Origin: Octopus vulgaris
Taxonomy: Eukaryota
Reading direction: 5' to 3'
Assembly: GCA_951406725.2 (NCBI GenBank)
Contig: OX597833.1
Coordinates: forward strand, 42,222,001 to 42,286,000
DNA length: 64,000 nt
Below, piece by piece: positions 1-13,669 of the stretch; position 1 is the first letter of the stretch; every line of letters starts with the position of its first letter. The notes beneath the pieces are model-generated. The model did no database searches and was not told where the DNA came from. It saw only the letters and a program-made list of their open reading frames with translations. Position numbers and translations under genes: made by a program.

Positions 1-138
1 CATGTAGTGGTGGGGACTGTGAAAGTAATAGAAAGCCATTTAAAACAGCATCACATACTTCCATCATATAAAAAAATAAGTCTAGAAGATTTTATCCTTG
101 ATATCACAAGCCCACACATTCTTCTCTCCAATTTACAA

Positions 139-700
139 TATAGATTCAGAATTGCAGGAACTGGTGCAGCAATGCACCAGCTTCAGCATTTGATCATCAT
201 CAGAAGGTGTAAAAGCCAAACTCACTATCTTGAATTTGGTGTTCATGCCTATCCTTACCTATGCTCATGAATCTTGGGTTATAACTGAAAGAATACAATT
301 GTGAATACAAGTAGTCATTGGTTCTATGAAGTAATGTTACTTGGTAGAGTGCTTAGCTCAGAGACGAGAGAGCTGCTCCAGTTAGAATTGTTACTTCTCT
401 GAATTGGGAGATCACAGCCCTGGTATTATGGACATGTGGTAAGAATACCTTAGAGGGCAAATAAAACAAAACCGACTGGACAAGTTTTATAGGCAAAACA
501 AACCAGTAGAAGACCCAGGGGTAGACCATGAGCAAGATGGTTGGATAACATCCATGAGCTTAGTTGGTCTCTCTTTGGGATCCAGCCAGGTTAATTGGTT
601 GCTTCTGACAGAACCTGATGGAAAGCACGCTTGACTCTGCCCCCATGACCCTCCCAGGACTAAGTGAATGAAGATTAGATAAGATGAGATTCAGATGACA
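139..700 (+). mobile_element. RTE-clade (Rex3/Expander-like) LINE 3' fragment, degenerate
   Basis: Frameshifted translation gives KAKLTILNLVFMPILTYAHESWVITER, LLL*IGRSQPWYYGHVVRIP and RRPRGRP*ARWLDNI, the typical C-terminal region of RTE ORFs, followed by a short-repeat tail. Confidence 0.8.
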
Positions 701-3104
701 CCACTCTCAAACCTTACACAAAGACTAAGAGTAGGCAATGGCTTGAACAACAAGAAAAACCCTCTATGCATCATTCCAACTATCAGGAGTTGCACATGAT
801 TCAGTTATAGGATAAGGATTTGTTCTATCAGCTGAAGGCTTGATGGTTCACGCCCTATTAATGATACTGCAGTGTCTTTGGCTATGACAACTGACTCAAC
901 TAACCTAGTCAATATAGCTCATTAGTACCATAGAGAGGTACAGTTCATTGCTGCCTGTAGTAGACTTAACTGCATATTCAGTAATTAAAGTAGATGATGT
1001 GTATGCCATAGTGTGAGATGACATATTTAGAATAGGGCTCTTCATTAAAGCATAAATTAGAAGTTGAAGTATAGGGTTGAATATTCACTTCATAGTTCTT
1101 CATTGGGAAAAGTATTAATCAACATTTCACCTTACACAAGAACAACATATACTGGTTCAGTTTTTAGCTGTACTCTGATTCTTACTGATACATCACCCTA
1201 ATTAGATTACCAATACTGATGAATATTTCTCTGTTTGATCAAGTATATATAATAAATCTAGGGTTTCATTTGTACATAGAGAAAGCTGAGCTCATAGCTT
1301 TCCATGGGCAAAATATGCAATATCGTGGATTAACATTTTTGGAGTTAAAGTAAACTCTTGGAATCTATGACTTTTTACAATAGATTAAAATGGTGACACC
1401 CAAATTGTTCCTTTACTTTTCAGTCGGGATTTATCATAAAATGCAAATAATTTTAAATACTCTTAGTTACTAATTTTCAAATACTAAATAATAAAATGAA
1501 TGTCAAAAAAAAAAAAAAAATTGCAGCTGTAATTTGCATTTACATTTAATTATTGAATTTGATTGAATAAGCAGCTGCACCTCATTTAATGAGCGTTGCA
1601 AATAACTGGAATTAGTTGGTTGTTGGACTGTTTGCTTAAAGGTCTACAGGTCATTGTCCCTAGCACTGTAGCTTGTTCCACTTTAGCTGTAAATAGGTAC
1701 CTTAAGTATATGATGCTCAATTACATACTTGGAATACTAAAAATAGCAGCTAAATTCTTTCATATCACACCATACCATCTTAAAAAAGAAAAGACAATTG
1801 GATAGGAGATGCGAACATTGCTGAGGTGTGCAGTGTAGATTCTATTTGCATGTAAAAAAAACTCATGAATCAATTTCCAGTTATTTCATCATTACTCTTC
1901 CAATATGTTTGAATCTTGCATCATGCATTTAAATGAGAGAAGCTCTATGTGACTACTTGACCTACTGGAAATAGCTAGAGAAGCACCCGCACCTTAAAAG
2001 ACAAATAACATGATTTCCCACCTGTTTTTTTTTTATATATATAATGCTTACCGTTGTCATTGAAGGTTATATTTATATTGCATGTGTGTACGTGTGTATG
2101 AAATTGACCTTGTCATAAAAAGTACTTTTGACTGTCTCTAACATAAGGTCTTATGGTAGAGTTATACCCATTGTATAACGGTACTTGTTTATCATAATAA
2201 TATTAATAGTGTAGTATTAGTAATAATGGCATTGACTGAATATGTAGCAGTGTTGAAGATAAAATGATGATGTTGTAATCCTTCCTTGTACATGAAACCT
2301 TCCTGATAGCTGTCAGACCTAACTGCTGATGTAATACTTTGATAGTTGGAAGCTTCCTTTCAGATTATTCTGTCAAGGTATGTGTGTATGTAGTTATGTA
2401 TGTATATATATGTATGTAGGTATGTATGTATATATATATAAATGGAGGTGAGCTTTGACTTTCACCTCCACTCTGTCATCTTTGGATGTACATCACCTCA
2501 GAGTTCAGACACCTCCTTCTAGAACCAATAGTAAATATTTTTCCAATCCTTTTCTACCTGAATTGCCATTCACTGGAATTCCATTTATATTAGATTGCAA
2601 TGAATCAAAACAGTAAACATCATCAAATTACTCCTATCATGCTATCTAGCTAAAATATATGGATACTATTTTCATAGAGGTAACCTTCTTTTTTTCTTTT
2701 TCCTTTTTTTTTTATGGAGAAACTTATTAAAACACAAGTAGAATACTAATTTAGTATTGAAGTTCACTTAGTTCCTCTTAAGTATACAGCTGGCATTGGT
2801 TGACCTAAGTAGAACTGTGGTGTTGGTTGACCTAAGTAGAACTAACTGAAGCAAATCAACAGCAACAGCACCAACATTAGCTATTAGTTTAATTTCATTT
2901 TTCTCTGACATACTTTGACAGTGAAGCAAGATCTTAAATTTTTAACTATGTGGTGGCTGTTAAGCAAGGTCTTAAACTTGTAATTGAATGATGGCTAAAT
3001 GAAGGATTTCTGAGTGTTTACTTTCACTCCGTCCACTCTTTCCCTTGTTTCTTACACACCTTTCTTTCACCCATATTCACTGCCATTCATACATGCATAC
3101 AGAC

Positions 3105-3475
3105 ATGTCTCTGTGATAAGAATTTTGCTTCCCAATAACATGGTTTCAGGTTCTCTGATTTCAGTCACACTACATGGCAACTTGAGCAAGTGTCTTCTAC
3201 TATTTGCTTTAGCCTCAAGCCAACCCAAACCTTGTGAGTGGATATATATAAAGCCATGCATATGTGTGTCTTTGTGTTTGTTTGTCCCCCACCACCGTTT
3301 CACAACCAGTGTTGGCCTGTTTATGGCTCTAGCATTATTGGTTCTGCAAAAGATAGAATAAATACTAAGCTTAAATAAAAAAAAATACTGGGGTTGATTT
3401 GTGTGACTAAAATTCTTCAAGGCAGTGTCCCAGCATGGCTGCAGTCTAATGACTGAAACAAGTAAAAGATAAATG
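3105..3475 (+). mobile_element. tRNA-headed SINE family B (CORE-like ccttgggcaagt motif), old copy
   Basis: Aligns by eye with copies at 20055, 29195 and 50925; ends in atgactgaaacaagtaaaaga. Confidence 0.7.
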
Positions 3476-4605
3476 ATATTTTTATTTTCCCTGTATTTTT
3501 AAGATATGCTTTTTCCTTCTCTGTTTTTCTTAACAAAGAATAACGTGTCTTAAATGTTCCTGTGTCTTTGATTTAATTTTGTATTGCTATTGTATGTGCT
3601 GGTGTATAAGATGATCTTTTTTAATTCTTAAATGTAACAAAAAATTGCCATGTGTCAACTGCAACTGTATTTTGGATGGGATACTGAGTGTGTGAGTGTA
3701 CGATGAAAATATTCTTGTAAAGCAAGGTTGCATCTTATGCAAGAGGGTGTCTTACATACCTGCAAATATGGTTGTCTATTTTGCCTGTCTATTGCCTTCA
3801 GGATTATATACCATACTGACACAGATTACACAGCTACTGAAATTCTTAAAATGACACAGTCTCTCAGATTGTTACATAGCTTTTGTTTGCATGATTAAAA
3901 ATGAAACAAATTACCTATCAGTTATTTCTGCACTACTCCTTCAAGTTTTTCTAACACTGTTCTTACCTGTTCTACACAGTGACACTTGGTATTTTACTGA
4001 TGATATAAACACACTTAATCTCTGTAAAGTAGTAAAATTAAAGGTAAAAAAGAAAAGAATAAAGATAAAAGAATATATTCCTTTCAAAACATCCTTGCAT
4101 TTCAAATTTCGCTGACATCTCTATGACAACATGTTATAAATGATATTTGAATAAGATAAGTTTGGAGATTTTAAAACTTTAGTAAGCTTTAAAAGATATG
4201 TATATCACTTGTTATAAAGTGAGAGTAGTAGATGGCAGAATTGGTAGAGTACTCACAGTATTTAGTTACATCTCTTTACATTCTGAGTTCAAATCTTATT
4301 TAAATTAACTTTGCCTTTTACCCTTCCAAGGTCTTATAAAAATGAAGTACCAGTTTATTCAATTTGTTATACCTCCCTCCTTGTTCCCTGGAAATTTGTG
4401 GCTTTGTATCACTGTAATAAATCCTTTCTCTGAGTAGAGTCTTTGGTGTATTTGTAGAAATAATAGAGCACTTTGCAATATTTAGTGTCATCTTCTCTGA
4501 ATTCCACATTCAAATCTCTCCTTTATTTTTTTTTAACCTTCCTGAGGCAATAAATTAAGTAACAGGTGTATGCTGGAGTTAATTCCATTAAGTTCACTCT
4601 ACAGA

Positions 4606-4744
4606 GTTAGGAAGGGCATTCAGCTGTAAAAACCCTGCCAAAACAGACACAGTAGCTGAGGGTAGTCTTCTACCTGGTTGGCTTCTGTAGACTGTCCTAC
4701 CCATGCATGCATGGAAGAGGGACGTTAAACGATGATGATGATGA
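4606..4744 (+). mobile_element. Family C retroposon 3' fragment with (GAT)n tail
   Basis: ttaggaagggcattcagctgtaaaa ... gacgttaaacgatgatgatg, shared with the copy at 21803-22320. Confidence 0.65.
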
Positions 4745-4841
4745 GTGGTATGCATCTACTGCTTTTAATAATTTCTGACATTGTACCAATGAAAGAAGAT
4801 TATTATTCTGTGTGAAGTTTCTTTGAAAGTTCCACTGAGAG

Positions 4842-5306
4842 GTAGGACCCTTAACACATTGAGTACACAAAAGTGTAGACATAAGCCTATAGCAGGTTGA
4901 GTACAAAGGCGGCGAGCTGGCAGAATCATTAGCACGCCGGGTAAAATGCGTAGCCGTATTTCGTCTGCCGTTACGTTCTGAGTTCAAATTCTGCCGTGGT
5001 CAACTTTGCCTTTCATCCTTTTAGGGGTCGATTAAATAAGTACCAGTTATGCACTGGGGTCGATATAATCGACTTAATCCGTTTGTCTGTCCTTGTTTGT
5101 CCCCTCTGTGTTTAGCTCCTTGTGGGTAGTAAAAAAATAGGTTGAGTACAAAAGAGGATAGATGTAAGGGCTCCTGCAGATTGAGTGTACGACAGTGTAG
5201 GGGTAAGGCCCATAGCAGGTAGAGTACACCACAGCGAAAGTAAGACTCCTTGTAAATTGAGTTAGTTGTATAGGTGTTATACCCCTAGCGGGTTGAGTAT
5301 ACAGCA
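4842..5306. repeat. Degenerate ~36-39-bp minisatellite (about 6 units) interrupted by a SINE
   Basis: Recurring unit resembling ttgagtacac...gtgtag...taagg..cctagcagg on both sides of the SINE insertion. Confidence 0.65.
4908..5138 (+). mobile_element. tRNA-derived SINE family A, full length, young
   Basis: Head ggcggcgagctggcagaa, B-box gagttcaaattc, central ctttgcctttcatcctt...taagtaccag; 14-bp TSD aggttgagtacaaa at 4894-4907 and 5139-5152. Confidence 0.9.
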
Positions 5307-5875
5307 AAATATTGTTTTTTAGGAAAGTTTGATAATCATAATATCATTCACACCACTGTTAACTTTAGGCAGGGATTGACCACCACAATTTTGTATTTCT
5401 CTTTTCCTATATCTTTGTATTTCTCTTTCCCCTGTATCTTGTTGCTTGTAATGAGAAGTAGTTATGAGTGAAGTTAGTTCTATCATAGTTTTTAATGTTG
5501 TTAGTGAACCCTAGGGCTGCTCTGGTCAAACAAATATGGTCTAAAGGCTTTCTATCCATGACTACCCCTTTTAATATTTTTCAGATATAATGCATTTAAT
5601 GCCTTGTGTTTTTCTGAACCAGTAGGGTATGATTTTTAATGAGTAACCACATAAGGCTCTCATATTGTCTCAGCTTTATTTTATATTTGTATATCCTTTG
5701 TTAGTAACAGTTTAGGAATCTGAAACCACTTGCAGTTTTCCTTGACAATTTTTGCTTAAGTTTTAAGAGAATAAATAAATTTTCCTTTATATTAATTTTA
5801 GTTATTCATTATCTTGTTATTTTGTTTTTGTATTTGGTTTACATGATTCTTGATATGAATTCATATATTGAAACA

Positions 5876-6204
5876 TATTTTGTTGTATCTTGGAAAGGTC
5901 ATTATGCCAATTATGAACACATGCACTGGTTCTATTTCAATTCTTTTATTATTATTAGTCAACCAATTAACTGTTTAACTAATTGTTTGAGTAATTGCTT
6001 GGTCAGTCAATCAGCTAGGTGTGTCAAAATTGTTTTGTTGTCATGAATGATATGCCCTCTCTACTCCAGGACTGCTTCAGCTTTAGTTGAGTAGTTAATT
6101 GGTTAAATGGTTAACCAATTAGCTAAGGATGATAAGGAAGTGAAATAGAACCTGTGCATGTGTTTATAATTGGTATAATGACCCTATCAAGATACAACAA
6201 AATA
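5876..6204. repeat. Fold-back (MITE-like) inverted repeat, arms ~110 bp
   Basis: tattttgttgtatcttggaaaggtcattatgccaattatgaacacatgcactggttctatttca pairs with the reverse complement of about 6140-6204; similarity continues inward. Confidence 0.75.
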
Positions 6205-6300
6205 AATTATTTTTGTTGCTTTTCATTTCTAATGATAGATATTTTGGTAGCTGCTGATGTTGATTAATCCTAGATCATCCTTGTTTGGAAGGACATATAA

Positions 6301-6787
6301 CACTGCAACAAAATTAAAATTTTTTTTTTTTTTGTCTTTGGTCAGTTAGTGTTATTTCCTATTTGTTTCTATCTAGAAATCAAAGGAAATGACTAATATT
6401 CCCTTCAGACTTTGCTTTTGTGACCTGGACATCAATGTTTTGAAATTGACTTATTTTTCATTACATTTCAGACATTCAGTACTGAGTTGTTGAAGTAGAA
6501 ATATCATTACAGCAAATATTCTACTCAATACCACAGATTTTCTTGTCAGTTGCTTGACCATAATCACTTGAGCATGTCCCCTTTTGGCTGACAATATGTA
6601 CATCTCTGATCATGAGCAGGAGTAATGAGGGAGGCATCATAGCTATGCGTTGAGAAGGATTCTTTGGGGTTTGAATAAATGTAACAAAAGCAAAATTTGA
6701 AGGAAATACTAGCCATTTTTCACGCTATGAGCAAGCAAATAGGAAATAACAGTTGATACCCAAGGACAGAAATTGTGTTACACAGTG
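6301..6787. mobile_element. Tc1/mariner-type MITE with ~110-120-bp TIRs
   Basis: Left arm 6301-6424 (cactg...tgttatttcctatttg...tttgcttttgtgac) mirrors right arm 6681-6787, which ends cacagtg followed by TA. Confidence 0.75.
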
Positions 6788-8139
6788 TAATCAGAGACAT
6801 TCAAACCATACCTATCATATATATCAGTTAGGTTTGGTGTAATTTAAAGGGGATTTGGTTACTTCTTTTAGTAGTTTGAGTCACTACATAGAAGTTATTT
6901 CATTGAATCACAGATAATTATTGTATTTTTGTGAAAATATTTTCATTAATTAGTCTATCAAATCAGCCATGGAATTACACTACTAATTGTTGAACTATTG
7001 TTTTGTCACTAGAAGGTTTCATTTTGATATTCAGAGATTGCTATTTGATGGAACAGGTGTGTAACATTCTCACAGTTCTCTGTTGGTGTATGTTGAGAGG
7101 GAGAGAGAAACACACACACACACACGTGTGCATGCGTGCGTGCGCGCACACACGCACACACAATCGATATGCAAATGAACCTTTTATTAGCCGAATCAAA
7201 AAAGTGTTGAAGGTTGATAGCAGATGGTTGTTTAGCTGAGAGAGTGGTAGGAGAGTGAGAAAGAAAGAGGGAGAGTGGGAGGAGAGAGAGAGAGAGAGAG
7301 AAAGAAAGAGAGCAAGCAACGGAGGAATGGAGGAATACTTGATGTGAGTCTGTTTGAACAGAATTCAGAAAAGTTAAGTTAACCTGTGTCAACAGAAAGA
7401 CAGTGATGGAAACAGTATTGGTGATATCAAATATTTACATAAGTATCACAAGACTTAAAGCTTTGGAGGAGTAAGGAAATGATATATTCTCCATCTATGG
7501 ATTGTGTGTGTGTGTGTGTGTGAGACACACACTCACACACACATTATTCAAGTAAAGAATTCTTTGAATTAAATGCAGTGAATAACCTTGAACTAATAGC
7601 TGATTAAAAAATGTGACATCTGTGAACTGTATTGGACTGGCACATTGTAGGAGTCATGTTCTATTATATATGTCTTGTGTTCTATTATGTGTTTTGGACA
7701 TTTCACTTGCACATTGTCTCAGTTCACCTGGAACAACTATGAGATTTTCAGATTGTGTTACTTTGAGAGATATTGGCAGCCTATCTAGTTGCAGCTTTAT
7801 CTCACTTCTGCATGGTGTTCTGCCAATGATTTTCACATTGACGGAAGGTCAAAATTCATCTGAGGTGTATAGCTTATGATTTGGCCTAAATGCTTTTTCT
7901 GAAGCTCTAATGATTCTGCTTTTTTCTGATGTTCTAATGACTCTGCCATCTTGGTACCCTTTTCTCCTACTTAGAAAAACTTACTCAGGGTAGGCCCAAT
8001 CAGCCATACCAGTCTTCCTACCGCTCTTCCCCACCTTTCATTAAGCATATTGGAAGGCAGCGCCTCTCTATCTCTACTTTCAATTTTCTCAAGTACCACT
8101 TGAAGAACTCAAGGGTGTGACCAAGGGAATCAAAAATAT

Positions 8140-8751
8140 GAAGAAAAAGAAGGGCATTGGAGGGGCAATGCATACCCTGCATGCAGATAGATTTTTGTGC
8201 TAATTATTTTTGTGAAAATGTTAAATTATGAGTTGGCAAAGAAATATAAATGTTATTTTAGGGTGTTTGGAATTAAAATTAAGAAAAAATAACATAAAAT
8301 GAAGATTCTTCTCCAATTGTTCACTAAAGAATCATGCGTGTTAAAAAAAAACAACTTCCTATTTCAATAGTTTTACAGTGAAATGCTAATATACAAGTTG
8401 ACAAAGAAAATCAAAGGTTGTTTTGGAAAGTTCAACATGCAGTTTGCATATGATTAAATAAATGCTTATTCAAATAATAATCATGATTATGAAAAAGAAA
8501 GTGAACAAAATGAAATACTTATAGAAAATATTGTTTTGAATGTCTTTTAATGATGGCAGGTGAATCAAATGTACTGTAGTTCATTGTAGGATATAAATAA
8601 TATGATCACTTGATTATCAGGAAATTTGTAAGTTCGATTTTTTTTCAATCCCCCCTTTTTTTTTGTTAAGTATCACTATTATATGTATTTATACTCTGGT
8701 AAAATTAAGAAATCAACTTGTAAATAAATGAAGCCCTTGAATCCATCACTG

Positions 8752-8786
<35 letters not shown>

Positions 8787-8787
8787 C

Positions 8788-8823
<36 letters not shown>

Positions 8824-9022
8824 ACTATGTATGTATGTATGTATGTATATATGTTTGAAGATAATCAAACCAAATTTTCATCATTTTGAGCCACTGACCC
8901 AATGAGTATTTCTGCCAACTTTGGTGAAAATCCATTCAACCATTTTCCAGTTATTTTGCAAACAAACAGACAAAGATAAGTGATTACAATACCCTGCTTT
9001 CATTTATGTCCACAGAGTAATA
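8140..9022 (+). mobile_element. Non-autonomous Helentron/HINE-like interspersed repeat
   Basis: 8150-8580 is a diverged direct copy of 30965-31527; internal microsatellite; 3' end with aactttggtgaaaatcc...caaacaaacagaca...acaataccctg...gagtaataa resembles mollusc HINE-type ends. Class assignment is tentative. Confidence 0.45.
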
Positions 9023-10589
9023 AGTACTTGTCTGCCTTCAAACCTTTCAGACAACTCTATCACACAGCTTCTTCTGCCTTAGCCACTGAGCAGAGAAAAA
9101 CTAGCTGCCTTTTTCTACTAAAGGAAGATGGTATATAAATTTTCACTATAGACTTGACTGATAACAAGCAACAACAGCTGCTCAAGATAAGCCTACAAGT
9201 TTGAATGACAGTGTGTAGAATGGTTTCATTCCCCTGTGTGTATCACAGACAGGTTCAGCTTTTGGCACTTCTGTGTCACTGAAGTTGTCTTGAACAGGTA
9301 ATCTTCCCTTGTAGCACTGCCATGTTAAGGACTTTTGGATGTTGCCAATAGTGCCTGACTGAAAAGTTGTGCAGAAGTTACTGCTTAGACAATTCTTATT
9401 GAAGCCCAAAGTTGTTCCTAAGCAATTGTTGCTCATACTCTACACTACTTTAGACTGCAAAAGTTGTTTTCCTGTTGATCATGTTGTCCAGCTGGTAAAG
9501 TGCTGTGAGTGCCTGGCAACATTCTAGATGTAGATGTCCAACCTTATTATTTGGGTGGAGGGTTGGTAGATTCAGCAGAGTGTCAAGCAAAATGTCTTGC
9601 AATTTTTGTTTTGGCCTTTTAATATCTGAGTTCAAATCCCAGTAAGCTTAGGTCAACTTTGCTTGTCATCCTTTAGGGGTGGATAAAGTAGAGTAATTTG
9701 GGTACTAGACCACAAATTTTGGTGGAAGAGTATAATCAACTAAATCTAATATGTGGCTACTACTTATTTTATTCATCACAGAAGGATGAAAAGCAAAGTC
9801 GAACTTGACAGAAATTGAACTCAAAACCAAAAGGATAAAGCTAAATATTGCAGGGTACTGAGTCTGACACTCTACCATTTCTGTTTGCTGTGTGCTCAAT
9901 TTAATTACATAATTAATTGTACACCAATAACAACTATTACTACTATTATGGTAATAAGCTTCTTTCTAATGCCAAAAACAAATTCTCTAAATCCTTCTAA
10001 ACCAGCTGAAACTGCAATATTATAATGTCAAAGTAGCTGTCTGGAACTTGGTATAAAATATGAATATATTGATGTTGGTGGTGGCAGTGGTCGCAACAAG
10101 GCAGCTAATGATACTGGCAAATGTGATTATGAGAATGATGATGGTTATGGTTGTGATGATTATGTTGATGATGAATTTTGAAGCTATGATGATGGTTGCA
10201 GTTCTGATAAGGGTGATTGTCGTTGTGATGATGATGATGATGATGACTGTGTTTGTGATGATGATGGAGATGATGACAGTGAATGACAATGTTGGTAGTT
10301 TTTTTTAAAGTGTTTAGGTTTATAGTTGAAATATGGAGAAGAAAGCCTAACATATCCAGTTTAAGACCACAACCATAACCCATGTCACCTGGTTATTGGG
10401 GCATTTTTTAACATCCAAACCACACCATGTGGTTTCTTCCTGGTTTGTCCATATTTTGCCTACAGATGTTCTTCAAAATAGCTGTAGTACGATCTGAACT
10501 TACAGTCATGAGATCAGTAGATCAGCATCTCAACCGCACAACCACTTAAAGTTCCTTCTCATTTTTAATTCTTCTGACTAGAAGAAATA

Positions 10590-11645
10590 ATAATAATAAT
10601 AAATTTTTCTGCTGTAGGCACAAGGCCTGAAATTTTGCAGGAGGGGGTTAATTGATTACATTGACTTCAGTGCTTAACTGGTACTTATTTTATGACCCTG
10701 AAGAGATGAAAAGCAAAGTTAACTTTGTTGGATTTTGAACTCAGAACCTAAAGCTGGAAGAAATGCCACTAAACATATTGTCTGGTGTTCTAACATTTCT
10801 GCTAGCTTGCTGCCTTAGAAAAAAATAATTCTTTCTATTTATAGGCACAAAGCCTGAAATTTTGAGAGAAGGGGGAAAGTCAATTGCATTGACTCCGGTA
10901 CTTTGATATATCAACCCTAAAAGGATGAAAGGCAAAGTTGATCTTGTCAGGATTTGAACTCAGAATATAAAGATCTGGAAGAAATGTCACTAAGCAACTT
11001 GTTTGATGTACTTATGATTCTGTCATTTAATTACAAATAATTATTTCTAATTTAGGCACAAGGCCAGCAGCTTTAAAGAAAAGGGTTAGTTGATATCATT
11101 GACCCTAGTACTTGACTATGATTCTGAAAGGATAAAAAGCATAGTTGACTTCAGCCAAGTTTTGAACCTGGAGTACAAAGATTCAGAACAAATACTGCTG
11201 CTGCATGCAATGGCTTCTGCTTTAGGCATAAGAGCAGCAATTTTGATGGGGTGGGCTTTAATTAATATCATTTAGTTTACCAACTCCAAAAGGATGAAAG
11301 GCTAAGTTAACTCGAGTGGGATTTGAACTTAGAATGTAAAGAGCTGGAACAAATACAGTAAAACATTTTTCCTGATGCTTAAATAATTCTGCCAATCTAC
11401 AGTCCTGATGATGATAATGATGATGATGATAATGATTACAAATTTTGTTACAAGGCCAGCAACTTTAGAAGAGAGGGTAAATTGATTATATCAACCCCAG
11501 TGCTCAACTGGTACTTATTTTATTGATCCCAAAAGAATGAAAAGCAAAGTCAACCTTAGCAGAACTTGAACTCAGAACATAAAGTAGCCAGAAAATATGC
11601 TGTTAAGCATTTTGTCCAATGCTCTGACTCTTTCAACTTACTGCC

Positions 11646-11706
<61 letters not shown>

Positions 11707-12387
11707 TAATAATAATTCTTTCTACTATAGACACATGGCCTGAAATTTGGAGGTAGTTTAATCACATATAATAACAATCCTTTCTACTCTAGGTACAGGG
11801 CCTGAAATTTGGGGGAGGGGACTAATCGATTATATCAACCCCAGTGTTTCACTGGTACTTAATTTATTGACCCCCGAAAGGATGAAAGGCAAAGTCGACC
11901 ATGGCAGAATTTGAACTCAGAATGGAGCGATGTGCAAAATACCACTAAGCATTTTGTCCAGCATGCTAACGATTCTGCCGGCTCACCACCTTATATAATA
12001 ACAATAATAATAATAAAAGTAATGGTTTCAAATTTTGGCACAAGGCCAGCAATTTCGGGGAGGAGGTAATTCGAGTACATTGACCCCAATGTACATTGAT
12101 CCCAGAAGGATGGAAGGCAAAGTCGACCTCAGCAGCATTTCAATTCAGAATGTAAAGCTGAAAGAAATGCAGTTAAGCATTTTACTCAGCATGCTAATGA
12201 TTCTGCCAGCTCACATTAAATCAATTAAATCAACTCTGGTGCTCAAATGGTACTTATTTTATTGACCCCCCAAAATCATGAAAGGCAAAGTCAACTTCAG
12301 CAGAATTTGAACTCAAAATGTAGAGATGGGACGAAATGCTGTGAAGCATTTTGCCTGGCATGCTAACAATTCTGCCAGCTTGCAGCC

Positions 12388-12433
<46 letters not shown>

Positions 12434-12600
12434 CAACAAGTGTTTCTAATCTTGGTACAAGGCTATATGATGATTGTTCTATCACTGACATGAGACCCAC
12501 ACATTTGTGGGTGGAGGATTTGCAGTTGATTATATTGGCCCCCTAGTATTTGACTTGCACTTTATTTTATCAACTTTGTTGAGATTTGAACTCGGGATGT
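10590..12600 (-). mobile_element. Head-to-tail cluster of about 9-10 diverged family A-related SINEs
   Basis: Repeated + strand modules taggcacaaggcc...ctggtacttattt...aaggatgaaaggcaaagt...tttgaactcagaa...tgccagct separated by (AAT)n tracts. Confidence 0.85.
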
Positions 12601-12950
12601 AGTAATAGTTGTTGAAGTAGTAGCAATACTAACAACGGTACTAATACCAACAGTGGTAGTAATGATTACAATAATAGATTTATTAGTAATAGTAGTGGCA
12701 CTGGTTGAATATGTAGCAGTGTTTAAAGATAAATCTGTTGAGGCCCTTCCTTGTGCTTGGTGCCTGCTCGACTGCCTGTCAGACGTGACTTAGCTTTAAT
12801 GTAGTGCCTAGCAAAGCTACATGCATATTTATGGTGCATATGTTAACATTAAGCAGCTCTTAACGCCAATCCAATTTGCATTCATTTCAATATGGCATTT
12901 ATTTATTTCCTTTTTTTTTGTATTCTTGTTTTCTTTCCTTTTCTGTTTTG

Positions 12951-12982
<32 letters not shown>

Positions 12983-13445
12983 CAATGTATTTGTATGCAT
13001 GTGTGTGAGTTTGTGTGTGTGTGTGATGTAGCTGAGAGGACATGAGATGATGTACTCTTTGTGTCTGTATTTGTGTAAAGACTAGAGTGTGCATATGTTT
13101 CTGGTTACATCTGTGCTATAGCGAGTCCTACAGGTGTATGTATACATGTTTATGTATGAGATCTAGTAACTTTTGCAGGTGTATGTGTATGTATGAGTGT
13201 GTGTGTGTCTATAAGTTCTGGTGACTTCTGAAAGTGTACACGTGCATGTGTATATTATCAGCCATTATAACTTGTGTGTGTGTGTGTGTGTGTGTATGTA
13301 ACTGTGGTAACTTTAGTATGTGTGTATGTTAGTCTGAGGTGTAATAACTTTTATATCAGGCTGATGTGTGTCTATAGGAAGCTATAGGAAGCATATAGAA
13401 TAGTTTATTTATATCTGTCTATGAGTTATTGAGTGACTCTGCATA

Positions 13446-13481
<36 letters not shown>

Positions 13482-13669
13482 TCTATTAAACAATAGTAAA
13501 TTGTTTTGCCTGTGTGTGTGTGTATGTGAGAGAGTTTCTCAATATCTGTCTATCTGTCTCTAGTTTGTCTCTTTCTCTGTCAGTCTGTCATGGGTGTGGG
13601 GATACCAGTTGGTAGTAGAGAAAGTTTTTTTTTCTTTTTAAAATGTTTCCTCTCCTCCCACCAGTTTTA

